Notes: generated by a model not told the origin, from the letters alone. A stretch of DNA of 63,881 bases, filler included, from Sandaracinaceae bacterium (GCA_947483975.1; 4 parts of 4 records of this genome joined end to end with filler, not necessarily neighbours in it); one strand, 5' to 3'. Numbered from the whole stretch's first letter, positions 52,824-63,881 are shown. Translations and numbers: made by a program.

Positions 52824-53663
52824 TCAGCCGATCTCTGCGTAGCCCCCGGCGAAGACGGGCTCTCCCGGCTCCTTCGCGCGCACGGCGCGGACGAGCACGC
52901 GCCCCTCCTCGCGGTAGCCCTCGACGACCACCGTGTCCCCTGGCCAGACGGGCTTCTTGAAGCCGCCGGAGAGGAACTTCAGCCGGCTCGGGTCGCCGCC
53001 GCACTCCTCGGCGAGCACCGCGCGGCCGACGATGCCGTAGGTGCACAGGCCGTGGAGGATCGGGCCGCCGAAGCCCGCTTGCTCGCCGATCGCCGGGTCG
53101 ATGTGCAGCGGGTTGAGGTCGCCGCTCAGCCGGTAGAGCGCCGCCTGCTCGGGCGTCGTCGTCGTCTCGAAGCGCCAATCGGGCTCGCGCTGCGGCGTCC
53201 GCACATCCTCGCGCTTCGGCGGAGGGCTGCCGCCGAAGCCGCCGTCGAAGCGGTAGATGATCCGCCACTCGGTCTCGCAGATCAGCGTGCCGTCGCTGTC
53301 GTGCGTGGTCGTCGCGAGGTCCGCGAGGGCCATGCGCTTGAGGTCGTAGACCGCGGCGACGCGCCCGACCGTGCGGAGCGTGCCGGACGCCGCGAAGGGC
53401 GCGTGGAGGCGCGTCTTCTGGTTGCCGTGCACGACGCCGAGCAGGTCGCCGCCGACGAGCTCGAAGAGCGCCGCGCAGGCGTCGTAGGCAGGGACGACGG
53501 CGTACGTCGGCAGCACGCGCGGGCCGCGCCCCTCGAAGAGGAAGTCGAGCTCGCCCGGGACGCGCGCGCCGACGCCGAGGGCGTAGAGCGCGGTGTCCTT
53601 CCAGGCGTAGTGATGCGTGAGCTCTGCGGTCGTCTTGCCGACGGAGTCGAGTCTGAGTGCCAT
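52824..53663 (-). CDS. MaoC-like double hotdog (R)-enoyl-CoA hydratase
   Basis: LYALGVGA, YRLSGDLNPLHIDP, PILHGLCTYG, FKKPVWPGDT. Confidence 0.9.
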   Translation of the reverse strand: MALRLDSVGKTTAELTHHYAWKDTALYALGVGARVPGELDFLFEGRGPRVLPTYAVVPAYDACAALFELVGGDLLGVVHGNQKTRLHAPFAASGTLRTVGRVAAVYDLKRMALADLATTTHDSDGTLICETEWRIIYRFDGGFGGSPPPKREDVRTPQREPDWRFETTTTPEQAALYRLSGDLNPLHIDPAIGEQAGFGGPILHGLCTYGIVGRAVLAEECGGDPSRLKFLSGGFKKPVWPGDTVVVEGYREEGRVLVRAVRAKEPGEPVFAGGYAEIG

Positions 53664-53747
53664 CGCCGCGGAGGTTAGCAGGCGTCGACCGTTTTGCCGC
53701 GGGCGGCGGGATTGACCGGCGCACCTCCGGCAGCCACGTTCCCGCTC

Positions 53748-54467
53748 GTGCGGCGCGCGGCATGGCTCATCGTCCTCTTGGCCCTGGCGCTGCCGCTGGC
53801 CTCCGGATGCCCGGCGTCGAAGCCGTCCCCGGCGCCCGGGTACGACCTCGGGCCCGATGGGTACATCCCGCCGGGCGTCGACACCGACGCGGACGGCCTC
53901 TGCGACAACACCGAGGTCGCGCTCGGGCTCGATCCGCTGCTCCCGGACACGGACGCGGACGGCTACCCGGACTGGTTCGAGATCACCGCCGGCTATCAGG
54001 GGCGCGTGCCCTCGTCGCCGAACCGAGATGAGCTCGTCGTGCTCTCGGAGACGGCGGACAGCACCGCGATGACCTCGATCGTCGCGAGCGTCCGCGGCGC
54101 CGGCGAGACGTTCTCGGGCGCCTTCGACGCGCAGATCATCCGTGATGCCTACGGCGTGAACGCAGGGAACTTCTTCGTCTCGGCGAGCGCGCTCGGCGCC
54201 GAACCGCCGGCGAACGTCGCGCGGATCGACGCAGCGTCGAGGAGCTTCGAGAACGTGCGCGGTCGGACGCTGCTCTTCTCCGACGTGCACTTCGCCTTCG
54301 GCACCCAGACGGCGCTCGGCTGCGTGCGCGCGTACCCGCTCCGCTATTACACGAAGACCGACACGGGCCGCACCGTCGCGATCGCGCGGAGGCTCCTGCT
54401 CGTGCTGCCCGCCGGCACGACGCCCGCGACGGGTCCGTGGTGCGCGCCGACGGGTCCTTGCTGGTAG
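53748..54467 (+). CDS. Lipoprotein with DxDxDG (TSP3-like) Ca-binding repeats
   Basis: Lipobox LASGC. DTDADGLCD and DTDADGYPD repeats. Confidence 0.7.
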   Translation: MRRAAWLIVLLALALPLASGCPASKPSPAPGYDLGPDGYIPPGVDTDADGLCDNTEVALGLDPLLPDTDADGYPDWFEITAGYQGRVPSSPNRDELVVLSETADSTAMTSIVASVRGAGETFSGAFDAQIIRDAYGVNAGNFFVSASALGAEPPANVARIDAASRSFENVRGRTLLFSDVHFAFGTQTALGCVRAYPLRYYTKTDTGRTVAIARRLLLVLPAGTTPATGPWCAPTGPCW

Positions 54468-54493
54468 GGGGGACCCCCCAAACTCCGCCCGCG

Positions 54494-54573
54494 AGAAACA
54501 CAGAAGCCCAGCGCCGCTTTCGCGGGCTGGGCTGGTGTGGTTGGGTGGGGAGCCTCCCTCGAGAGGGAGGCTC
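54494..54573 (-). terminator. Two hairpins downstream of rpsU; the distal one is followed by a U-rich tract
   Basis: GAGCCTCCCT-loop-AGGGAGGCTC (54550-54573), and AGCCCAGC...GCTGGGCT (54505-54533) followed by TCTGTGTTTCT on the minus strand. Confidence 0.55.
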
Positions 54574-54579
54574 AGCTCG

Positions 54580-54870
54580 TCAGAGCTGTGGCCCGCGCGG
54601 GTTCATGTTCGCGCCGGTGTTGTTGGTCGGCGGCGCCCCGTCGACCTGCTTCGCGCGCTTGCGGCGACGACGAGCGGCCTCGGACTCCTTCTTGCGGCGC
54701 TTGATCGACGGCTTCATGTAGTGTCGGCGGCGCTTCAGCTCACGAAGGATGCCTTCGGCAGCCATCTTGCGCTTGAGGTGCTTGATCGCGCGCTCGATCC
54801 CCTTGTCACCGACGATGACTTCGAGGGGCTTGCACTGTACTGCTTCTCCGGCGGGGGACGTCGACGACAT
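54580..54870 (-). CDS. rpsU: 30S ribosomal protein bS21
   Basis: IERAIKHLKRK...GILRELKRRRHYMKPS..RRKKE. AGAGGAG SD. Confidence 0.88.
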   Translation of the reverse strand: MSSTSPAGEAVQCKPLEVIVGDKGIERAIKHLKRKMAAEGILRELKRRRHYMKPSIKRRKKESEAARRRRKRAKQVDGAPPTNNTGANMNPRGPQL

Positions 54871-55000
54871 CGGGCTCGTACTCTCCTCTACTGCTATTCA
54901 AGCAGTGCTGCCTAGGCCAGGCAGGGGGGCGGACTATGCACGGCCCCCCACGGGAGCGCAAGTAGCCGAACAATCTCAGCGGCGGATCATCCGTGAAGCG

Positions 55001-57640
<2,640 letters not shown>

Positions 57641-57811
57641 GGCAGCCTCGCTCCTGGTGCGTTGTCTCGTGCTTCGTCTGCCGCTGTGTCGACGGCTTCG
57701 CCGACCGCTGTGTGTCCCCAGCCGCGGTCGAACCTAAGCATCCGAGAGGTGGCGTCAACGGCGCCGCAGCCGGGCTTGCTTCGCGCGCGCTCGTCCCGCC
57801 ATGCTCTCTGC

Positions 57812-58405
57812 GTGCAGCCCGCGCAGAAGCTCGCCGAGTACGCTGACCTCTTCGCGCTGGGCGAGGACGTGCGCGCCGAGATCGTGCGCGGCGAGCTCCA
57901 CACGCTGCCATCGCCCCGCGCCGAGCACTCGAAGCCGCAGCAGGCGCTCGGGCACTTCGTCGGTGGCCCGTATGACAACGACGACGGCTTCGGCGGTCCC
58001 GGCGGCTGGTGGATCCTCGTCGAGATGGACGTGCGCCTCTCGCGGCACAACGTGGTGCGCCCCGATCTCGTGGGCTGGCGGCGCGCGCGTCTGCCGCGCC
58101 CGAGCGGTCGGCCGATCGACGTCGTGCCCGACTGGATCTGCGAGGTGCTCTCGCCGTCCACCGCGGCGTACGATCGCGTCACCAAGCGCACGCTCTACGC
58201 CGAGGCGGGCGTCGCCCACTACTGGCTCGTCGACCCCGAGGCCCGCACGCTCGAGGCGCTCACGCTGGACGCGGGTCGCTGGCGCGACGCGGGCGCGTGG
58301 ACGGACGGCGACGTCGCGCACGCCGCGCCCTTCGACGAGCTCGCGCTCGACGTCTCGCGGCTGTTCTTCCCGAAGGAAGAGCGCGCGGCGGGCGACGAGC
58401 GCTGA
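57812..58405 (+). CDS. Uma2 family (PD-(D/E)XK) endonuclease-like protein
   Basis: AEIVRGEL, GGPGGWWIL, PDLVGW, PDWICEVLSPST, YAEAGVAHYWLVDP. Confidence 0.88.
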   Translation: MQPAQKLAEYADLFALGEDVRAEIVRGELHTLPSPRAEHSKPQQALGHFVGGPYDNDDGFGGPGGWWILVEMDVRLSRHNVVRPDLVGWRRARLPRPSGRPIDVVPDWICEVLSPSTAAYDRVTKRTLYAEAGVAHYWLVDPEARTLEALTLDAGRWRDAGAWTDGDVAHAAPFDELALDVSRLFFPKEERAAGDER

Positions 58406-58428
58406 GCGAAGCGAGTACCCTCCGCCCC

Positions 58429-58920
58429 GTGCGCCGCTTCGCCTTCGCTCTCTCGCTCTCGCTGCTCGTCCTCGCCGCCTGCGGTGACACGACGACGGCG
58501 GACATTCGCTACTCGACGCCGGAGCACACGGTCGCGACGCTGCTCGACGCGTATGGGCTGCACGGGCTCTCGGCGGACGAGATCCGCACGCGGCGCCGCG
58601 AGCACCGGCTGCGGCTGACGGACGGCCCGGCGTACCGCGGCTGCTTCGAGCGGCTCGAGGGGCTCAGCGACGAGGCGCTCGCGGGCTTCGTCGTCGGCGC
58701 GCTCGCGGAGAATCACGACGACCTGCGCACGCAGATCGCGCGAGACCTCGCCCGCGTCTCGGCCGGGACGCGCGCGACGATCGTGATGCACCTGCGCGAC
58801 GGCGCCTGGCGCATCGACCTCGACGCGAGCGTGCCGTCCACGATCCGCGCGCAGCTACGCGACGTCGCCCGCCGCGCCGAAGAGCAGCAGCGGCGGCAGG
58901 GCGCGCTGCCGGCGCACTAA
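58429..58920 (+). CDS. Hypothetical lipoprotein
   Basis: GTG start, lipobox LLVLAAC, C-terminal DGAWRID. Confidence 0.7.
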   Translation: MRRFAFALSLSLLVLAACGDTTTADIRYSTPEHTVATLLDAYGLHGLSADEIRTRRREHRLRLTDGPAYRGCFERLEGLSDEALAGFVVGALAENHDDLRTQIARDLARVSAGTRATIVMHLRDGAWRIDLDASVPSTIRAQLRDVARRAEEQQRRQGALPAH

Positions 58921-58967
58921 AGCTAGTGAGCGCGTCGGCGCACTAAAGCTAGTGAGCGCGTCGGCGC
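58910..58967. repeat. 26-bp tandem repeat x2.2 with internal hairpin, between convergent genes
   Basis: CGGCGCACTAAAGCTAGTGAGCGCGT at 58910 and 58936, partial copy at 58962. CACTA/TAGTG stem. Confidence 0.9.
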
Positions 58968-60869
58968 TCAGCGCGCGCCGGGCGCGTTGGGGCCGTCGAG
59001 CGTCGGCACGAACGGCGTGATGTCGATGCGCCCCTGGGAGTCGTCGGCGAGCACGAGCTCGAGGGCGCGCAGCTCGGGAGACTCTGGCGCGTAGACGCGG
59101 GCGCGCCGCACGCTCTCTCGCGCGCCGTCGCGGTCGCCGAAGCCCGCGTAGTAGAGCGCGTCGTTGTAGAAGAGCCAGAGGAGCACGTCGCGCGTGCCGA
59201 GGTCGTCGAGGTCCGGGCCGAGCCGCGCGAGCAGCGTCGTGAGCACGGCGTCGCGGCCGACGCGCCCGGCGCGCTCGTCGGTCTCGGTCGCGCCGTCGGC
59301 GAGCACCTCGAAGAAGCCGCCGCGCGGGACCATCGTCTCGTAGAGCGCGGGCGGCACGCGCACGTCGAGCTCGACCATCACGGGGCGCGCGCTCGCGAGG
59401 CTCTGCAGGTCGGGCTGCCGCAGATCGCCGTCGAGCAGCACGCCGCGCAACAGCGGCGCGAGGTCCGGGTCTTGGCGCACGAGCGAGTCGATCATCCCGG
59501 GATACGTGAGGAACGGCATCGGCACGAGCGTCACGTCCGGGCGCAGGCGCTCGGTCGCCTCGGCGCCCCAGAAGCGGAACACCGTGGACGGCGCGTAGGC
59601 GATCAGCACCGCGCCCTGCGGCAGCGTGCGGCGGAGCGCGTCGTCGACGTCATCCGTCGCGCTGAAGTGCGCGAGCGAGGTGCGCTGATAGCCCAGCCGC
59701 GCCTGCGCGAGCCCGAGCGCGGCGAGCGCGACCGCGACGACGATCGCCGTCTTGCTCGGCTTCGGCGTCGCGCCGCGCCCGAGCAGCCCGAGCACCACGG
59801 CGACGAACGACGCGCCGAGCGCCGCCGCCGCGCCGAACGCCGGCATCAGGTAGCCGAGCGCGTCGGGGTTCGCGCGCACGAAGCCGAGCCAAGCGCGCGC
59901 CGCGACGAACACGACGAGCACCGCGCCCCACACGAAGCCGAGCCGCCGCGCGCCCGGCGTGCGCACGAGCGCGTACAGCCCCGCGAGCGCGAGCAGCAGC
60001 GGGATCGCGTGCAGGCTGTCGACGAGCAGCACGAGCACATCGAGCACGCGGTGCCCGAGCGGCTCGGGCGAGATGCCGTTGGTGTGCTGGTACGCCTGCG
60101 CGCTGATCACCCAGAACAGCCGCGCGAGATCGGTCGGCACGCCGAGGTTCGGCACCGGCGCGCGCCCGGCGCGGACGGGCAGGTAGAGGTACGTCGCGAG
60201 GCCCGCGGCGAGCATCCCGCCCGCGACGAGCAGCGGCCGCACGCCGCGCGCCCGGAGCACGCGCGCGAGCGTCGGCGCGACCGCCGGCAGGAGCAGAAAC
60301 GCGAGGAAGTGATGGTTCGCGAGCGCGAGCCCCGTCGCGAGGGCGGCGACGTAGAGCGGCCGCACATCGACCGTCGGCCACGACGCCTCGAGCTGGATGA
60401 TGCGCTCGATGGCGACGCAGATCAGCGCCGCCTGGAGCGCGTACACCTCCGGGCGCACCGCCTGGAGCCAGAAGCCGTGCGCGCAGGTCGCGAGCCAGGT
60501 CGCGCCGAGCGCGAGCGGCAGCGACACCGCGGGGCTCGACACGCCCGCCGCGCGCACCGTCGTCTCGATCGCGCGAAAGAGCGCGCCCGCCGCGATCGCC
60601 GCGCAGACGGCGCTGACGACCGCGATGCGCCACGGCAGCGGCCCGAGCGGCAGCAGCGTGACGAGCTTGCCGACGAGGGCCGCGAGCGGGTGCCCCGGCG
60701 GATGCGCGACGCCGAGCGCCACCGCCTGCGCGACGAACTCGCCCGAGTCGAGCCAGCCATCGTGCGCGGACGCCGTCGCGAGGTAGAGCGCGAGCGGCAC
60801 GCCCGACGCCAGCGCGAGCGCGACGAGGCGCGCGCGCGGGTCCCCTGTCGGCTTCGGCACCAGCGTCAT
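58968..60869 (-). CDS. DUF2723 (TMEM260-like GT-C) membrane glycosyltransferase
   Basis: DSGEF...LGVAHPPGHPL, QAVRPEVYAL, GLALANH, YLYLPVRA, multiple TM segments. Confidence 0.85.
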   Translation of the reverse strand: MTLVPKPTGDPRARLVALALASGVPLALYLATASAHDGWLDSGEFVAQAVALGVAHPPGHPLAALVGKLVTLLPLGPLPWRIAVVSAVCAAIAAGALFRAIETTVRAAGVSSPAVSLPLALGATWLATCAHGFWLQAVRPEVYALQAALICVAIERIIQLEASWPTVDVRPLYVAALATGLALANHHFLAFLLLPAVAPTLARVLRARGVRPLLVAGGMLAAGLATYLYLPVRAGRAPVPNLGVPTDLARLFWVISAQAYQHTNGISPEPLGHRVLDVLVLLVDSLHAIPLLLALAGLYALVRTPGARRLGFVWGAVLVVFVAARAWLGFVRANPDALGYLMPAFGAAAALGASFVAVVLGLLGRGATPKPSKTAIVVAVALAALGLAQARLGYQRTSLAHFSATDDVDDALRRTLPQGAVLIAYAPSTVFRFWGAEATERLRPDVTLVPMPFLTYPGMIDSLVRQDPDLAPLLRGVLLDGDLRQPDLQSLASARPVMVELDVRVPPALYETMVPRGGFFEVLADGATETDERAGRVGRDAVLTTLLARLGPDLDDLGTRDVLLWLFYNDALYYAGFGDRDGARESVRRARVYAPESPELRALELVLADDSQGRIDITPFVPTLDGPNAPGAR

Positions 60870-60950
60870 CGGCGGCGGATCGTAGCGAGCGTCATCGGCG
60901 GCGGATCGTAGCGAGCGTCATTGGCCGCGGATCGTAGCGAGCGTCATCGG
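60862..60950 (-). repeat. 26-bp tandem repeat x3.4 covering the -10 box and start codon of the DUF2723 gene
   Basis: AGCGTCATCGGCGGCGGATCGTAGCG at 60862, 60888, 60914 (2 mismatches) and partial at 60940. Confidence 0.92.
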
Positions 60951-60997
60951 GCGGGGCATCTTACGCGCGTTGCGGCGGCGGCGGCGCGTCGTCGTGG

Positions 60998-62530
60998 TTA
61001 GACCGCCGCCGCCCGCGCGCGCACGAGCTCGCCGCGGGTCAGCGGGCCGCGCAGCCAGGTGAGCGCGGTGCGCGGTCGCACGAGCAGCGTGCCGCTCTTG
61101 CCCTGCGCGTCGCGCACCACAAACCAGCGCGGCGAGAGGCGCTTGATCACGTCGTCGAGCGTCGCCGCGTCGGCGACGGCGCCGCTCGCCCGGGTCGCGC
61201 TGTTGGTCGCGCTGTTGGTCGCGCTGCTCGGCGCGCCCGCCGTCGCGTCTGCGCGCTCGCCCGCGACGCCCGCGAGCCCCTCGACGACGCGCGCGCGGTC
61301 CGCGTCGGTCTGCAGGCGCCCGACGCACCAGAGCCCCGCGTTGCTGAGCGCGCGGTAGTCGAGGTCCATCGGGTTCTGCGTCGCGAGCAGCAGCCCGACG
61401 CCGAACGCGCGCGCCTGCTTCAGCAGCGCGACGAGCGGGCGCTTGGTCGGCGGCGCGTGCGGATAGGGCGGCAGAAAGCCGTACACCTCGTCGAAGGCGA
61501 CGAGCGCCCGCAGGCTGCTCGCGCCGGGCAGCGAGCGCACCCACGAGAGCGTCTCCTCGAGCACCATGCCGAGCACGAGCGCGCGCTCGTCGTCGTCGAG
61601 GTGCGCGACGCTCAGCACCACGCACGGCGTGCGCCCGTCGTCCGCGGGAGCCAGCCACGCGCCGACGTCGAGCGACGCGCCCGTGCGCCAGCTCGCGAAC
61701 GTCGGCGACGCGAGTAGCGAGTTGAGCGCCGCCGCGAGCGCGCGCCGGTCGCGCTTCGACACGAACGCGTCGAGCGCCAGCGCGCCGACGCGCTCGAGCG
61801 GCGGCGCCTCGAGGTCCTCGAGCAGCGCGCCGAGGTCGCAGGGCAGCCGCAGCGTGTGCCGCCGCTCGGCGAGCACCGAGAGCAGCACGTGCTCGCGGCT
61901 CTTGGCGGGATCGGGCTCCCGCCCGAGGAGCCGCATCACCAGCGATACCGCCGCCGACAGGGCCGCGCGCGCCGACTCCGGATCGTCGTCCCAGCGCGGC
62001 GAGCGCGCCTCGAGCGAGGAGAGCACGTGCACCGCCTCGCCGGCCGTCGAGCCAGGCGTCAGCACGCGAAAGCGCGTCCCCGCGCAGTACGCGGCGACGT
62101 CCGCCTCGCCGAGCGTCCACTCCGCGAGGTCCGCCTTGCGCGCCGCGACGAGGTCGCCCGCGCGCTCCGCGTCCGAGCGCGGATCGCCAGGCTCCGCCGT
62201 CCCCGCCAGCCACGGAGCGAGCGCCTCGGGGGACAGGGACGCGCCCGCGAGCAGCAGGTTCGTCAGGTCTCCCTTCACGTCGAGCACCAGCGTCGGGACG
62301 CGGCTGCGCAGCGCCTCCTCGACGAAGACCGTCAGCAGGCCCGTCTTGCCGGAGCCCGTCATCCCGACGATGACCCCGTGCGTGACGAGGTGATGCGCCG
62401 GCAGCGTGAACCTCGCCGCGAGGCTGCGGCCTTGGAGCGCGCGCTGCGCCCCGACGTAGAGCGAGGTCGGCGCGCTCGCGTGAGCGCGTGGAGTCGAAGG
62501 TGATACCGCAGAGATGGCGAGCTGGGTCAT
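60998..62530 (-). CDS. HerA/FtsK-superfamily ATPase (DUF87/DUF853-like)
   Basis: THGVIVGMTGSGKT, LDVKGDL, Walker B VAFDEVYG, LLKQARAFGVG, LATQNP. Confidence 0.85.
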   Translation of the reverse strand: MTQLAISAVSPSTPRAHASAPTSLYVGAQRALQGRSLAARFTLPAHHLVTHGVIVGMTGSGKTGLLTVFVEEALRSRVPTLVLDVKGDLTNLLLAGASLSPEALAPWLAGTAEPGDPRSDAERAGDLVAARKADLAEWTLGEADVAAYCAGTRFRVLTPGSTAGEAVHVLSSLEARSPRWDDDPESARAALSAAVSLVMRLLGREPDPAKSREHVLLSVLAERRHTLRLPCDLGALLEDLEAPPLERVGALALDAFVSKRDRRALAAALNSLLASPTFASWRTGASLDVGAWLAPADDGRTPCVVLSVAHLDDDERALVLGMVLEETLSWVRSLPGASSLRALVAFDEVYGFLPPYPHAPPTKRPLVALLKQARAFGVGLLLATQNPMDLDYRALSNAGLWCVGRLQTDADRARVVEGLAGVAGERADATAGAPSSATNSATNSATRASGAVADAATLDDVIKRLSPRWFVVRDAQGKSGTLLVRPRTALTWLRGPLTRGELVRARAAAV

Positions 62531-62575
62531 GGCGAGTCCTTGGGGTGGAGCGCGGTTGGGAGGACAGACGTCGCA

Positions 62576-62610
62576 GGGGCGACTCGCGACACCGACGCGC
62601 GAGTCGCCCC
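62576..62610. other. 13-bp perfect inverted repeat between the hypothetical gene and the ATPase
   Basis: GGGGCGACTCGCG, 9 nt, CGCGAGTCGCCCC. It lies 8 nt after the 62618 stop, with no U-tract. Confidence 0.75.
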
Positions 62611-62617
62611 CGCGGGC

Positions 62618-63523
62618 TCAGCTCGTGAACGGGTTCATCCCCGGCGAGCGCGGGTCGAGGGCGGGCATCGCGGGCTGCGTGGGCTCGTCGCCGAGGCTTG
62701 GCGTCATGGGCGCGTTGGGCGCGGGCTGCGGGCTGGGCTGCGGCTCGGGCTGTTCACTGCGGCGGCTGCGCCCGGCGTAGAGCGACGGCGCGATCGCGTC
62801 GGCGTCCCCCTGGCTCCAGCGCAGGTAGGTGACCGCGCGGCGCGCTTGGTCGTAGTCGCGCAGCACGAGCGTGTAGGCCTGCTGCCGCTCGCGCGCGACG
62901 CTGCTGACGCCCGCCGGGACCTGCTCCCGCACGCCGAGCTGCTCGGTCAGCTCACCCGCGAACCCGCAGCCGAGCGTGAGCTCTTCGGCGGTGACGCCCG
63001 CGAGCGCGAACACCTCGGGCGGCTGCTCGCGCAGCATGTTGGCGGCGGCCACGGTCTCGAACGCCGCGACCTTGAAGGCCTTGCCGCCGACGAAGTCCCT
63101 CATCGCGTCGGCGGGGATCAGCTCGCGCTGCTGCAGCCCGACGATGCCGTGCACGAAGAGGTCGCGGTACCGCGCGACCGTCGCGGCGAGCGCCGACACC
63201 GGGCCGACGGGCGTGAGCGCGCCGAAGTAGCGCGTGTGCGTGAAGCCGAGCGCGTAGGCGAGCGTCGGCAGCCGGTCGAGCTTCGCGACGTCGAAGCCCG
63301 GGAGCTGCGCGAGCTGCTCGCGGAGCGCGAGGATGTTGTGGCAGGCGCCGGTCACCGTCGTGACGAGGTTCATCACGTCGAGGTTGATCGGGGTGAGGTC
63401 CGAGTCGGGTACGGAGGCGAGGAGGTCCTTGTGGAGCGCGTAGCCATCTTGATAACGCTGACGAACGGTGGCGGGGAGGACTTCCGAGGTGGTGCCGAGC
63501 GCTTGGGTCGAATCGGTGGACAT
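62618..63523 (-). CDS. Hypothetical helical protein with Pro-rich tail
   Basis: 301-aa ORF with coding-like GC3 bias. C-terminal YDQARRAVTYLRW..GDADAIAPSLYAGR. Confidence 0.8.
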   Translation of the reverse strand: MSTDSTQALGTTSEVLPATVRQRYQDGYALHKDLLASVPDSDLTPINLDVMNLVTTVTGACHNILALREQLAQLPGFDVAKLDRLPTLAYALGFTHTRYFGALTPVGPVSALAATVARYRDLFVHGIVGLQQRELIPADAMRDFVGGKAFKVAAFETVAAANMLREQPPEVFALAGVTAEELTLGCGFAGELTEQLGVREQVPAGVSSVARERQQAYTLVLRDYDQARRAVTYLRWSQGDADAIAPSLYAGRSRRSEQPEPQPSPQPAPNAPMTPSLGDEPTQPAMPALDPRSPGMNPFTS

Positions 63524-63662
63524 GGGGGCCTTCTGCTTTCTGCGCCGGGGAGGCGCCTGGGTTGGAACGCCCCCCTCATCGACCCGGGTCCCCGGCTGTT
63601 GCGGACTGAGCGACGCCCCGAGGACGAATTTTCGCGTCGGTGGTCCGCGCCTCCGGCCGAGC

Positions 63663-63881
63663 GAGTCAGCGACGAACGGAAATGGCCTGCGGCGCAGGGC
63701 AAAAGAGTCAGCGGCGGACGGAAACGGCCTGCGGCGCAGGGCAAAAGAGTCAATCGCGAACGGAAATGGCCTGCGGCGCAGGGCAAAAGAGTCAATCGCG
63801 AACGGAAATGGCCTGCGGCGCAGGGCAAAAGAGTCAATCGCGAACGGAAATGGCCTGCGGCGCAGGGCAAAAGAGTCAATC
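63663..63881. repeat. 42-bp tandem repeat array (at least 5.2 copies, runs off the window)
   Basis: GAGTCAATCGCGAACGGAAATGGCCTGCGGCGCAGGGCAAAA at 63663, 63705, 63747, 63789, 63831 and partial at 63873. The first two copies are degenerate. Internal CCTGC-GGC-GCAGG hairpin. Confidence 0.95.

Noticed and set aside
60862..60950. Mini-CRISPR, or in-frame N-terminal extension of DUF2723
   Set aside because: There are no spacers. The in-frame upstream ATG (60947) hits TGA after 9 codons.
63663..63881. CRISPR array
   Set aside because: Units are head-to-tail with no unique 25-45 nt spacers, three are identical, and no cas genes are visible.

Overview
High-GC (about 70% or more by eye) bacterial DNA, most likely a myxobacterium of class Polyangia. 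This is inferred from CdnL, Cys-rich lipoproteins, a zinc-ribbon Ser/Thr kinase, PE-PGRS-like Gly-rich proteins and the cinA-thpR-recA order. The window is four unlinked contigs joined by artificial 100-nt N/TTAATTAATTAA/N spacers (17126-17225, 33989-34088, 50800-50899), so adjacency across spacers means nothing. Contig 1: SctE/SctB-like T3SS translocator pair, cdnL, cinA-thpR-recA, an M16 peptidase pair, a 1.4k-aa internally duplicated membrane protein, a PAS protein, lipoproteins and a kinase. Contig 2: GGDEF-hemerythrin, pntAB, CDF transporter, AgpS-like oxidase, ABC exporter, aroC-aroKB, gshA. Contig 3: aspartokinase, metY-metA, uvrB, pcm, pseudouridine synthase, a coupled dnaJ-sctN-crtY unit and a crtC/crtD/crtV/crtU carotenoid cluster. 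Contig 4: DUF4130-like, LeuA-like, MaoC, rpsU, clpB, Uma2, a DUF2723 gene flanked by two different 26-bp tandem repeats, a HerA-like ATPase, a hypothetical gene and a 42-bp repeat array. Best leads: (1) scattered T3SS parts; (2) a hybrid aryl/hydroxy-carotenoid pathway; (3) many genes with a -10 box 6-9 nt before the start and no SD, suggesting leaderless mRNAs, including a tandemly amplified -10+ATG unit; (4) the repeat array + unknown protein + HerA-like ATPase locus. All family calls are from motif recognition, not database searches.
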